Origin: Tubiluchus corallicola
Taxonomy: Eukaryota; Animalia; Priapulida
DNA length: 64,000 nucleotides
Direction of reading: 5' to 3'
Assembly (NCBI GenBank): GCA_030141605.1
Contig: JAQGDQ010002383.1
Location: 62,001-126,000, forward strand
In this document: positions 41,478 through 55,600 of the stretch, piece after piece
Position numbering within the stretch: the stretch's first letter is position 1
Layout of the letters: each line of letters starts with the position of its first letter
Notes under the pieces: model-generated
Seen by the model: the letters and a program-made list of their open reading frames with translations, nothing else
The model's database searches: none
Told to the model about the DNA's origin: nothing
Translations under genes and position numbers: made by a program

Positions 41478-43333
41478 AGTGTCGAACACCCACAAGTACA
41501 AGAGTTTCATATGAAAATCTGCATGATTGTTCATGCAACGTAGGGTCAAGCGGTAAGGGGCTAGGCGCCTAGAGGAGAAGTTTCAGATGCAAAAGCAGGA
41601 ACTTTTGCCATGGGAGGAATTCGGTCAGACGAAGAACTCTAATCTGGGGGGAAATGTATTCTATGCACTGTGTATACACCTATACTTAACCAAATGAACT
41701 GCTGCTAATATACACAAGTTAGTAAGCTGCGTGCAGACGAAAGTTAGAATTAAAACACATTGAAGTTTTGTGAAGATTTAATTAACTATCATCTTTTTCT
41801 ATTAATGCACTTAAACATTGAAGTTTTGTGATGATTCAATTAACTATCATCTTTTTTCTATTAATGCACTTAAAAAGAGGAGCTTTAAACTTGTAATTCT
41901 TTAGCAACTCATTTGGACATTAAATCATGTACATGTTTTATGACGAATTAAAATACTGATTTCGTTTTTCATTTGATTTAACTAATTCAAGATTAAAGTT
42001 GTTTTAATAATTAAAGTGCAGAGGCAGAAAAATTAATGGAGTAAATTTAGGAAACCAGGAATCGCAAAGGTTGGCATGCGAATCAGAGCTCCGAGCGTCA
42101 TTGGCTGGGGAATTGAACAAATACAGATGTTTCCAGAGCAAGGGTATACCTTGTTTTAGTCCTTTATTTCAAATACACGTTTTACGTAGCTTGATAGATA
42201 TCCAACTCTAGAATGTAAATAAATAATAGACAGCAAATCATGTGTTCCAGTAAAAATGACAAAGAAAAATTATTAAAACACGGAAGACTACAATGAAATT
42301 ATATTTGTTGTAGTTTTAATTATTATATATATATATAATTGTTATAATATATATATATATATAAATATTAGAAACCTAAATAATTACTGTTTAAATATAA
42401 ATAAAAATAAAACGATGGGATGCTTTATCCTTTGATCTGAGGTCTGACAACTGTATAATTCTCGTCAACGCAACACGCCTTGCAAGTATCACAAGCCCTG
42501 GAATAAGAAAAAAAACCGTCTAATTATTATTAATAAAATTGGATACTTTTAAACTGTTGATGTGTATCGATATTTTTATCATTTAACCGTTACATAGGAT
42601 AAATGGTTGGGGCTTTCTGACAGTCTATTGTGGCTTTTTGACAATCTATTGTGGCTTTCTGACAATCTATATTTAGAGGTCATCTGATGCAACCGTAACC
42701 TGCAAAATTACAACCGTTAAAACAAAAAACCAAACAAACACAAAAACAAACAAATAAACAAACAGCAGACACAAACACACAAATAAACAAACAGACAAAC
42801 AAGCAAGCAAACAGCTAAAACAAAAGCCAAATTCCCATGCAGAGATTAAAAAGTCCTATTCAAAGTCCTATTCAATTTATTGTACTTACGATTTGATACT
42901 TACACACATTTCTCATGATATCCACACTGCTTAATTCTGGGATCGCATGGCCACACAAAACAGTAATACGTAACTGGAGCCCAACAACCTGTAACCAAGA
43001 AAACTCCTTTTACGAGTGTCGTGGTGGCTGTCTCTCTGCCGGAGTGCACCACCATAATGGACGTTCTCTATTACTTAATAAACATTTCCGAAATTTAACA
43101 ACAATTACGACGTATCTGAACTGAAAACGTAGGTGGAAGTTCAAAACAAACAAGCGTAGGAGCGATTAGATGTAAGTAACCTCTTGCAAAAGTAATTCAC
43201 CATTTGTTTTGATCCCGTTAATAGTAAGTGCATTTAATCTAGACAACGGAATTCTAATTTATCACTGTAACAACTTGAAAGAACAGTACTCACCGCTTAG
43301 GAGACATTCATTTTCTGGTGGATGTTTCAATTT

Positions 43334-43575
43334 ATCAAAAAAACTTGCAGCTGTCACTTCTAAATTAAAAAACACCAAACCGTATTACTGTAAGTTATGT
43401 ACGTCTATACTGTACGGTACTTGTCAAAAAACTTTCAGTTGTCACTTGTAAATTAAAACTACCATACCGTATTACTGTAAGTTATGTATGTCTATACTGT
43501 ACGGTACTTGTCAAAAAACTTTTCGTTGTCACTTCTAAATTAAAAAAACACCAAAGAGTATTACTCTAAGTTATT
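43334..43575. repeat. 87-88-bp tandem repeat, about 2.7 copies
   Basis: GTCACTT.TAAATTAAAA at 43353, 43441 and 43528. Confidence 0.85.
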
Positions 43576-44204
43576 CTTAACAAGTCTATAGATACTGTAC
43601 GTATAGAACATAGATTCGTATAGAATACTATGATTTCAAATTATAATAATGCAAACTTACCGTATCCTAAGTTAGCAACTAGCCCCACAAAAACACAAAC
43701 CATGAAAATTGTCTTTGACGAATCCATTTCAAAATGTCTTGCAACGTTGTTGGCGTATAAATGTTTCTTAATTCAATTTCTGAAATTCAGTGTCTTTATG
43801 AATTCATTTACGACTGTACGTTGAGGTAACATACGTCCTGCAGTCTTGCTTCGACAGTAAACTATCGCATTAAATGTTCAAGGGTATGAGGGCTGTATAT
43901 ATACGTAATTCATACAAGACTCGTGCTCACAAACAACAACATACAATAGTTTGTGGAACAGGATGCTGGTGTTTCCTTTTAGCTATTTAACTACTCACGA
44001 CTACATGTAGTGTAATAACTGATCCGTGTAGCTTCTGAGAGCTCAAAAAGTTGTTACGTACGTAGCCTTTCTGCATCACAATTTTCTTAAGTATAGACCT
44101 ACATTTATTAGAAACGAAAATACTTCGCTCAGACGGAAACTTGTAAACACAAAACATCACAGACATTTTAATAGTCCAGCAGGGAACATCTCTTTGTTCA
44201 TTGC

Positions 44205-44540
44205 CATCACCACTACATTCACTAACAGCATCACCATCACCATCATCGTCGTCGTCATCATCAACAACGACAACGACAACAGCAGCAGTAACAACAACAA
44301 TAACATCATCGTGGTCATCAGCATCATCATCATCATCAACGACAACGACAATAACAACAACAGCAGCAGCAACAACAATAACAATAACATCGTCGTGGTC
44401 ATCAGCATCATCATCATCATCCTCACCATCATCATCAACGACAACAACAACAACAGCAGCAGCAGCAGCAGCAACAACAACAACAATAACCTCGTCGTGG
44501 TCATCAGCATCATCATCATCATCATGATTGACGATAACAA
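44205..44540. repeat. Compound trinucleotide repeat (ATC/AAC/AGC) with an internal higher-order unit
   Basis: CGTGGTCATCAGCATCATC recurs three times. Confidence 0.9.
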
Positions 44541-45188
44541 CAGGTACATTCGTGGGCATTGCTTAAGGTACTATGAGGCCAACCCTTATGTACATAAATG
44601 ATAAAAAACCATCAAACATAATTATTAGAATCTATAGTTTAACGAGTGATTATTATTTTTCTAAAACGTCACGGATATTAACATTCTGTACAGGAAAACA
44701 ATCAAAGCTATACATAACAAAACTAATTCCTCATAATCAGGCTGACTTGAGCCAGTAATATAGCAAATTATGTTCAAAAAACACAGTGAAATTGTCAACG
44801 AATTACAGATTATTTAATACATGATACTTAATCAATAGATAATTAACGTTTAATAAAATTAATTTACTGTCAGTAATTGTCAAAGAGTTTCGTTCACCAA
44901 CTTAAGAAAACGAAACAAACACTGCACAAACCGTTTAAACAAATTAAACTGCATACAGTTTTTCGCTGTTCAGAAACTGAGGTTTACATTACCAAAATTA
45001 TTATGCTTAATGAATGAATAGTTTAATAATACTTGTTAATGAAGTATAGAGTTACCATAATAAAAAGTCATCAATCATCGAAAAACATGCTTTCAACGAT
45101 TGTTGGCCATCTTTATTACACTAAACTGCGTTCAAAATCAAGTAGTCGAATATTTTAACCACTTATCGTGAATCCACTTTGTTGCGTA

Positions 45189-45590
45189 CAGGGGCGTATC
45201 AATACTTTACAGCGTCCTAGGCTGATTATTCTGTCTGGTCCATTTCTATTGCGAACTTATATAATGAGCACGATAAACAATTACTTGTGGTGTATTAGAA
45301 ACACTATTAACCTAGTTTTACGTGGTCATTATTATTAACATGTATTTGCACAGCGCAGGCTGCGCAACTGCTTTTTGTGTAATACCTTGCACCTGTTCGT
45401 TATGTGGCACTTATATAAAAGTTGCTCTCACTAATATAAAATGATGTATTAGAAAATGCGCCCTTTACATGAATATGAAAGTACACACATTTTCCAAGTA
45501 AAATAAGAATTTTTTCTAAAACGTGACGCTCTTCGGACCTTTGGCGCCCTAGGCTTTAGCCTAGTTAGCCTATTTGTTAATACGCCCATT
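45189..45590. mobile_element. Old hAT-type MITE
   Basis: Termini CAGGGGCGTATCAA / TTAATACGCCCATT, sub-terminal CCTAGGC motifs, decayed 8-bp TSD GTTGCGTA / ATTGTATA. Confidence 0.7.
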
Positions 45591-45839
45591 ATTGTATACA
45601 ATGTCTGCGAGCAAACAAGAAAAGAACATTACGTTAAAATTGCAACCCAACATAAATCATCACAATTATTTTGCAACGTGAAAGACCTGCCTACTACACA
45701 AATACAAACTTTATCGTGAACTACATAAGTTATCAAAGCACGCAAGAAAAGCCTGCCACATTGATTCGGAATTCAAGAGATGATTTCGTCTTAAATGAAT
45801 TCTACAAAATTTATAATGTAATATTCTCTCAAGTATGGG

Positions 45840-46460
45840 CCATAATCGTAATGACATAGTAGCTAAAACTCTGATCAATACATATTGTCTACCCAATGTC
45901 TACCATACATATTTGTTATACGGATGCGAAATTGGGGGTATATCAGACAATGAAGTTAATGCCATTAGGGTAAAATGGAACACTGCTTATAGAAAAATAT
46001 TCGATTTTAGACAAAATGAAAGCGTCAAATTGTTAATGTATTTTTGTGGCGCATTGCCTGCGAGTTATTTAGTAGATAGTCGAAAATTAAACTTTGTGAG
46101 AAAAATTGTAAACTCCTGCACATTGAGAATTCCAAAGCCATGCTACTATGTAAATAACAGTCAAGTAACTTTAAGATTTAAACATGGTTGTACTGTAGCT
46201 CTAAATCCTAAACGAAAATGTAAAATTAAAGGTTAAGAACTCATTTAAAGATTATGTTTTAAGATATCTATTATAGCTCCTTACAACACTGTATAATGTA
46301 ATATAATTACAAGGGAACTACAATGTGTGGTTATTATAAAGTTGAATGTCTGTAGATATGTTATTTTACTAATATCGCATTACCTGTTTTACTAACATTT
46401 TTATCTTTGTGAGCTGTATATTTTTTATACGAAATAAACTCATAATAACAATAATAATTG
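45840..46460 (+). mobile_element. 3' fragment of a non-LTR retrotransposon, antisense to Wnt8
   Basis: LINTYCLP..LLYGCEI...VKWNTAYRKIF...SVKLLMYFCG resembles a LINE RT C-terminus. Ends in AATAAA followed by (AAT)n. Confidence 0.75.
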
Positions 46461-46659
46461 TAAGTTTCTGTGAAATAATAGTTAAGTTGAAAAGAATTTG
46501 GCAGTAGCTATTCACACACTTGCGGGGCAGGCGGGGCAGAGGACACAATCGATTACAGTGCCATGCCCACAGTGGCTATTTTGGATGGCATCAAGAAAAC
46601 TTAACACACAGTATTATAAGACATAATAATATTTACATTTCAGACTTGCACTGGCATTA

Positions 46660-49600
46660 TCATGCCACGCAAGTTAGTTTATCAACAGTTTCACGACATT
46701 CTTCACATTTTACTTCGCAACACCATTCGAATTTACAATTGCAGCTTGTAAACAGTTGCAGGGTCTGTCGGCGAACTTTCAAACCGCAGTTTTTACACAA
46801 GGTTTTACAGCTTCGTCTCTCTGATTGTGAAATTTCTTTTCCCTTTCGTTTAGAGCAAAGCCTGCCCGCTGTTCCAACATGTCCTGTAATTCATTGAAAG
46901 CCACATAAATTTGTATTGTGAACTGATACACATTTGTCTTAAAAAAACCCAAGAATGCAGCGACAATAAGATCAAGATTAAGCTTATAGTTATGAGAACT
47001 TTTTTACCTATTCTAAATTTGACAGTACATGTTTACGTCATGATACTTTTATTAATTTAGCAAACTGATAAATGTGCATCAGCGCTTGGTATTAAAAATA
47101 AAATTTATTATGTGAAGAAAGACTTTGTTCATCTAACTGGGCACCAAGTCAAAGGATGTAATAATCATTATGCTATATATGGGTCGCAGAAACAGAGGCT
47201 TAAAAGTTTAGCACCAAAACGCCAAAAGATTGAGTTCAACTAACGAAACGGTTAAACATCTCGCATAAAAAAGCTAAACAAGAAACTTCATGACCCATTT
47301 GTTACTGTCAATGAAAAATGATAGGAATGCTTACAGAAAGCCGCGATTTTGTTTCAATATAAATATATGCATAACCTGTATTCTGAGGATTACCCACATA
47401 TCACAATACCGAAAGTAAAGTAAAGTAAAGTAAAGTAAAGTAAAGTAAAGTAAAGTAAAGTAAAGTAAAGTAAAGTAAAGTAAAGTAAAGTAAAGTAAAG
47501 TAAAGTAAAGTAAAGTAAAGTAAAGTAAAGTAAAGTAAAGTAAAGTAAAGTAAAGTAAAGTAAAGTAAAGTAAAGTAAAGTAAAGTAAAGTAAAGTAAAG
47601 TAAAGTAAAGTAAAGTAAAGTAAAGTAAAGTAAAGTAAAGTAAAGTAAAACAAAGTAAGGTAAAGCAAAGCAAAGTAAAGTAAGGCAAAGTAAAGTAAAG
47701 TAAAGTAAAGTAAAGTAAAGTACAGTAAAGTAAAGTAAAGTAAAGTAAAGTAAAGTAAAGTAAAGTAAAGTAAAGTAAAGTAAAGTAAAGTAAAGTAAAG
47801 TAAAGTAAAGTAAAGTAAAGTAAAGTAAAGTAAAGTAAAGTAAAGTAAAGTAAAAGTAAAGTAAAGTAAAGTAAAGTAAAGTAAAGTAAAGTAAAGTAAA
47901 GTAAAGTAAAGTAAAGTAAAGTAAAGTAAAGTAAAGTAAAGTAAAGTAAAGTAAAGTAAAGTAAAGTAAATTAATGTAAAGCAAAGCAAAGAAAAGCAAA
48001 GTAAAGTAAAGCAAAGCAAAGTAAAGTAACACAAAGTAAAGCAAAGCAAAGCAAAATACGGCAAAGTGAAGTAAAGAAAAGTAAATTAACTTTAAGCAAA
48101 ATATGGCAAAGTAAAGTAAAGTAAAAATAATGCAAAACAAAGTAAAGCTAAGTATATTGTAAAGTTGTAAAGTTGAGTAAGGTAAGGTAAAGTTAGACAA
48201 AGAAAAATAAATTAAACATCGTACCGGACTTCATACCTTCTGTAATATTAGCTTTGCAATAGTCATGGGATGGTTCCAAATAGACGAGACTCCTCCTTTT
48301 TAGGGAAGGTATTTCTTCAATACGTCCTGTATTCATCAATTTCAATTCGCCGTTTTTATAGTCAACTTTCACCGCTTTCCAGTATCTCTTCTTCAAGTAA
48401 TCGCCAACTTTCCGGAAATCGGACAACTGCAGCCAACATGTTTGCGTCGAACAACTTCCGGATACGCCGTGGCACTTGCAGGTTCGTTTTAGAGTATGGC
48501 GGACCGCCTGATAACAACAAATTTTGCTCTTTAATCTTGACCATAATCAATGCAAACAAATATTCTAGTAGACGTAAGTTAAAACATACTGCAAGAGCAA
48601 TCTGTATTTCAATTTAGAGATAGCATGTACTTCTACGACCTTCGACACGTGATCAATTGTTTCTTTGGCTGTTGCTGCATTTGGCCGTTAGGCAACTTTT
48701 GCAATCGAGTTTTCTAGTTATTCAGTTTTGTAACAAATAAAAATAAAATTCAACAACAAACAACTTAAAAAATAAATTCAAGCCAGAAATTCAAAAAATA
48801 TTATATTTATTAATCAAAGAGGCGTCACTTTAAAATACCTCATCTTTCTTACCAGTAGATAGCACCACGTTATGCATATTACGCTATTACTAGCGCTGTT
48901 TACGTGGTAGAGTCCCCATCTACTAAAATCAGTGTTAAACTAAAAAAGTTAGTACGCCTTTAATTTCAATTATTCATAATTTCTATTATTACACTTTGCG
49001 TTAAGTAGTGAAAATATTCAATTGTGCTTTACTATGTTAATATAAATAAAGGTGTTAAGTGAACTTACTGCTCTCCCTGCTTTATTATTGTGCAGATTCA
49101 TCAAAGCTGTTGCATCTTTCCCAGTTTCCAAAGCGTCTACGAACTGCTTACTTATTTGCTCTCCAAATTTGACATTGTCACTGCACCCACCCCAAGTCCA
49201 GCCCGGAGCTGCTATAACAAAACAAAACACAAAGATGGCAGAAACAAAGTATTAAGAAACAAACTGCGAAGATATTTGACAGGTAGAATTTTCCATAGAT
49301 GTAATTTCTAGGTGTCAACTAAACTAAACTAAACTAAACTAAACTAAACTAAACTAAACTAAACTAAACTAAACTAAACTAAACTAAACTAAACTAAACT
49401 AAACTAAACTAAACTAAACTAAACTAAACTAAACTAAACTAAACTAAACTAAACTAAACTATACTATACTAAATATGGAACTATATAATAAAACGCCTTT
49501 CAGAGCAAAAATGATCAGTCACGATGTGTTAATACCAAGAGACATCTATATCATACACCTATTCCGAGATTTCAAAGACTATTCACTTCAGTTTACACGT

Positions 49601-52475
49601 CTTTTTGCACAGTTTCGCAACTTGGTAAGACGTCATCTCAAAACGAGTGTGGCGGGACCCGAACTATTCTCACTCATCATCAGGGATAAGCCTGTACGAT
49701 GAGACAGTGACCCAGCAAAAATATTCAGTACGTACAATTGCATGCGCGTGTCTTCCTCGAGAAAAGAAATGACTGAATATCGGCTGTCACCTCTCCATTA
49801 ACTAACCAGATCTGGCGTTACTTAACCTTGCAGCTAAGCACGCACTGCCGGCCCTGTCTTATTTTCGGAAACATTACAACTTAAAATTCAGATGTAGTGT
49901 TTGTAGTTCTATTTCTAATGAAAGTGTGGTAACGGTGTTTTAGTAAATACAGGTGCGTCTCAAATAATTGTCAAAAATATAAATACCTTGGCCTTTGCGC
50001 CTGTCATCACAACCGCAGTTTTCAAATTCTCCAGAACTACAGTTTCGGGTCAACGTGTACATAACTCCAGCTGAACTGATGGCATGAACAAATGAGGTTT
50101 CCCGTGTTGCTGAAAACATTGTTACTGTTTTAGCCGAATAGTCCTTTTTAAAATTATCTAGTGTAAATGTAACGTGATCAAATGAGATGTAATACGGCAA
50201 TTTCATATATAATAGCATCGACGACGATAACGATATGTGATGGTGGAGCTGCTGCTGCTGACGATGTTGATGATGGTGATGGTAGTGAAGAAAACGAAGG
50301 TGACATAATGATGATGATGATTATCCTATGTTGAAAATTGGTGTTTCATATTTGCAAGAGATTAAAAATACTGAAAATGCTGAATGCTTATCTACAAAAC
50401 ACTTAATCAGGCCCTATGATGTAGTAATGTAATGTAATATAATGTAATGTAATGTAATGTAATGTAATGCAATGCAATGCAATGCAATGCAATGCAATAC
50501 AATACAACACAATGCAATACAACACAATACAATACAATACAATATAATATAACATAATATAACATAATATAACATAACATAGCATAACATAGCATAACAT
50601 AACATAACATAACACAACACAACATAATATAATATAGTATAATATAATATTTTTACCTGCAGGAACACTGTGAGAATAAAGGGGTAATGACGATCGAGGA
50701 CAGTTCCATCTCTCCCAGGCAAACTGATGCTGGCACTCTTCCATCCCAATTTGTGCTCCTGCTGCCACACTCGCAGAAAACGTCAAATACGCCTGAAAAC
50801 AAACGGACGAATGAAAACGAAAGAATGAGTGAACGAATGTATTATTGATTCTATGGACGAATGAACGAGTGACTGACTGACTGACTGAATGAATGAATGA
50901 ACGAATGAACGAACGAACGAACGAATGAATGAATGAACGAACGAACGAATGAATGAATGATTGACTGACTGAATGAATGAATGAATGAATGAATGAATGA
51001 ATGAATGAATGAATGAATGAATGAATGAATGAATGAATGGAGTCGCCAAAAGAAAGAAAAAAGGAAAAGGAAAATAAAACCAATCAATCAGCTAGTAATC
51101 AGTCAATCAATTCATAGAAACATCGTTCAGCCTATAAAGCAGTACATTATTAGTCACACAAGCCACAACCAACATTACAAGCTGCTACACAACGAGAAAG
51201 TCTTTTACTAACGTGAAATGATTGTGGCGGGAATGAAATCTCTTCAATATCAAAGATATTTTTTTAAATGAGACACTGAATCAACAGGGGTGCCTTGGCC
51301 TTAATTGTGCATCCCCCTCAAAAGAAAAGAGCTACTGTAGCATGTGACAGTATACGGGAAATTAAAGTAATAAGAAGCAGATTTCCTGCCTGTTACTCAT
51401 CAGGCTCGACGATGCTTAACTTCATAACTAGTCCTGCACCTTGACCATTTAGTTATTTTCTCGGTATAATAGAACAAGTCAAAAATGAACACCAACGTTT
51501 TTCGTACAATTCCTCTGTGAAATCATATCTAACGCTTCGGTAGCTACGTCATTAATTAACTCATTCGAGGGTTAATAAGCCAAATTTGCCAGTCGGCTAA
51601 AACTCAATAGAGTTGCGGAAATTTTTGTTTGCTATTTGCACCTCGTCGTGTGGCAGGCGCCAATTACCTTATTGTTACACCATACTCGAACACGATTCGA
51701 AGTTATTAGCCTAATTCAGCTCCCCTGAAGTTACCGACAAGCGTGTCCAGACTTTGGCTGGTCGGATTTAGAGGCAGTGGTCAATAACTAGTATGGACCT
51801 AACAGGAGAAGCAAGCATTGCTACTTGTTGAGCAATGTATTTCCGACTTCCGGTGAAGGGGTTAATAACATTTTTTGAAATAAATACTCCAACAAAGCTT
51901 GTAATCACACAGGAATAGATATTAATCTAAATTAAGTACAGCTTGGAATGTTGCTGTAAGAAAACTTTGGAATTTACTGTTTAGATCACACAAATACTGT
52001 CTTCCTTTTATATGTGATATCGTTCCGCCAGTTAAACAGTTACAGAAACCGTTTGTTAAATTTACCATAGTTGTTTAAATAGTGAAAATCGCATAGCCAA
52101 TTTTTTTACACACAATTCTCGATTTCATGGCTCTTGTAATGGGTTATAATTTGTTATCTATTTGTAACGAGTACAAAACTTTTTACACAAATGAAAATTT
52201 TCTTTCTAAAGTTTTTTCCTGTACATGAGATGTAAAAAGTAATGTTAGCAAAGAACAAATACGGACTGTAAATTTCATTACCGAAGTTACTTGGGCTCTA
52301 GAACGTAATTGTTTTAATTTTCTGACAGGAATGAGTTGTACGCCATACTAGCATATCTTACTCTCACTTAACGGTATATATTCACATTGCTTACTATTCT
52401 TGTTGACTAATGTTATTTTGCTTGTTAATCTGTTTGTTTATTTTATGTGATTGTTCCACGAGTACGAATGAAATG

Positions 52476-52548
<73 letters not shown>

Positions 52549-52589
52549 TGTGTGTGTGTATATATGTGTATATATATATATATATATAT

Positions 52590-52627
<38 letters not shown>

Positions 52628-55600
52628 CTGTTATCTAACACATAAGATTAACGTGAGAAAGAAAGCACGTATAAGAAAGATTTAGTTTATTTAAGCTTGC
52701 TGTTTAAAAAATTAATAAAATCTTCATTAATGTTTGTTAGATTAGGTATGGCTGCACTTGATTTACCCTGCATGCTTATCAGGCTGTGCTTCACAAATAA
52801 ATGTGACCAATTACAGAGCATACAGAATATTATGCCGCAGGAATATTGAGCTTCGCTTTTTATTTTATATCTATTTACTCAACTTTAAAATCTGACTACA
52901 AAACGTCCATAGAAATGTTTTTGTTACCTCTTTTACCTCTAAAATGCTCGTCGTTTGCAGTATCGGAAAACAAAAGTTCTGAATTCCTTGTTTTCTGTTT
53001 TATTTTCCCCTTTTTGGTGATAATTTTTAGTAATTCATTCCACAGCCTTTTCTAAGAATGTTGATTTATTCTTAATCCGAATAGTATATCAAACTATCTA
53101 AAGAAACGCTAAGTACAAAATAAAGAAAATTACTTTTTTTACACAAAATGTACCATTATTTGTAGTACTCACAACTGAACGTCTGCCTCTGTAAATACAA
53201 ATTGCAGAAATTAACTAAAATCATTTTTGTATATTAATCGTTTCTTTAAATTTTTAATCATTTCAAAAGTGCACGAATTTCAGCTAAGCACTGATCTTTG
53301 ATAACACATCGTACAGAAAAGTTTTGGCAAATGACAGATGGCACCCTATGAAAAAACGAAAAACCAATATGTATATAAAACTAGCAAGCAAGCGTAATGA
53401 AAGGTCTAATCATTTCATCTTTCAGTTATGCTCCAGAGATTGCTCAAAAGCCGTCCAATGAATTTGGATAAAACGCACTCTGACGAAGAGAATAGTTTCA
53501 AGTTTAACAACAAACAGCAAATAAACCACTACTGCAAATTCGTGTTCAAGAACAGATCATATTTTTACTTAGGAGACAATCAGAACAAGAAATAGCAATG
53601 GGGCCAAGAAATAACAAACAAAAACAAGAGCACGTTGAACAAGATCGCACAGGACTTAAAATCCCAATATCCTGGTCAATGTACTAAAGCTAGACTATGG
53701 ACGGATGGCTGTATCATGTCCAAACAACAAACCATGAATACATACCGACGTTTAGAGATTATAGTGCATCCGTATTGTCAAGGTATAATAGGTGATTAAC
53801 AAGACAATACTTTCCTATCATTACATATTACACGCACCCAATGTGTTATGTTAAACATGATAATCTACCGCGAGATAATCCAGAGCCTTGAGATTAGCTT
53901 AATAAAGGCATAATGCAGAGCAGACAGGTTATGCGGAGTCCATTCAGAATGGGATGGCTTACTGGTTTAAATGGAGTGTTTTCATCTTACTTGTGATCCA
54001 GTTTATACGGTTGCAATAGGGCACAAAAAGGAACAAATTTTCCCACGAGAATATTTTTGCAAGGAAGTCTTTCGGGAAAAATTGGCGGTGACTTTCAGCC
54101 CGTCTTAAAAATTAGTGCATCACCAAATCATATATTAATAAATATAATAATTAAAAAAGGTATGCCTATGTAAAATTAACTGGGTCAAATATAGTATAAT
54201 TCTCATACTTTAAAAGAAGACAGAATGATTTTTCATATTCAAGTACGGTAAAAGTATACATTTTAACACAAATAATACTGCAACAGCGTTTCTGATAATT
54301 ATATAATACATTAAAATCTTAATTAACAACGGGCGAGCCCAACTGTTGATTACATAAAAAACTAACGTAATTTTCAACAGCAAATACATTCCACATGAAT
54401 GGAGTGTTTTCATCTTACTTGTGATCCAGTTTATACGGTTGCAATAGGGCACAAAAAGGAACAAATTTTCCCACGAGAATATTTTTGCAAGGAAGTCTTT
54501 CGGGAAAAATTGGCGGTGACTTTCAGCCCGTCTTAAAAATTAGTGCATCACCAAATCATATATTAATAAATATAATAATTAAAAAAGGTATGCCTATGTA
54601 AAATTAACTGGGTCAAATATAGTATAATTCTCATACTTTAAAAGAAGACAGAATGATTTTTCATATTCAAGTACGGTAAAAGTATACATTTTAACACAAA
54701 TAATACTGCAACAGCGTTTCTGATAATTATATAATACATTAAAATCTTAATTAACAACGGGCGAGCCCAACTGTTGATTACATAAAAAACTAACGTAATT
54801 TTCAACAGCAAATACATTCCACATGTTGTACGTGTTTGTAAAAGGGAAAATTGAAGTACGGTACTTCTGTATGAGATTCAGTGTGTTGTATTAAAACTCG
54901 GCAAGTTTTAAGATAAAAAAAAGTTCAAATTTCAAGTTTACCGCTGCACTCATGCATGAGCTATCGAACGTGTGTAGTTCGTCACAAACTAACACATCTG
55001 AACTGAGAAGTACAGGCGCTATTGCCCGTATAACTAGCGTATAGTGAAATGCATGTAACAGCGAAGAACTAGTGTCAAGAACGTGAAATTGTGTTTGTGT
55101 GGTAATAATTCTTTCACGTAAGTCATTTTTGAAAAAAAGTACGTTTCCTTTCAACATTTTAAAGACTGTATTGTTTTGACTTAAAGTTTAAGATTGGATA
55201 CGGTTTTGCTTTAAATTCTCTTTCATTTTTATGATTAATACGAAAAATTTTTGAACACTAATAATGCTTAACATTTTATTTTACGTTAAAAATATGCCTT
55301 CAGTAGATGTGCATTGTGCAAACTTTATAACACATCATAAAGGGGAACAAACGAACAAAACAAAAATCGCTAGTCTGAACAGTGAACGCCAAATCTGCAT
55401 TCAGAAGGTACAACAGGCCATACTAGCTAACCTGAGTAAAATCTTAAAAGAATTTTTCCATACATTCAACATTTTCCAATTATAATTTAATTGACGTATA
55501 TATACGCTGCAATTTTATATACAGATTTTTTATATTAATAATTCGTATAAACTTTATTTAAAAGTTTCTAACTCGCAATTGTAGTGGCTTTTATGTTAAC

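Noticed and set aside
51375-51410. Minus-strand CTGATGAG...GAAA hammerhead-like core (also at about 40017 and 40570)
   Set aside because: Stem II does not pair or GAAA is misplaced.
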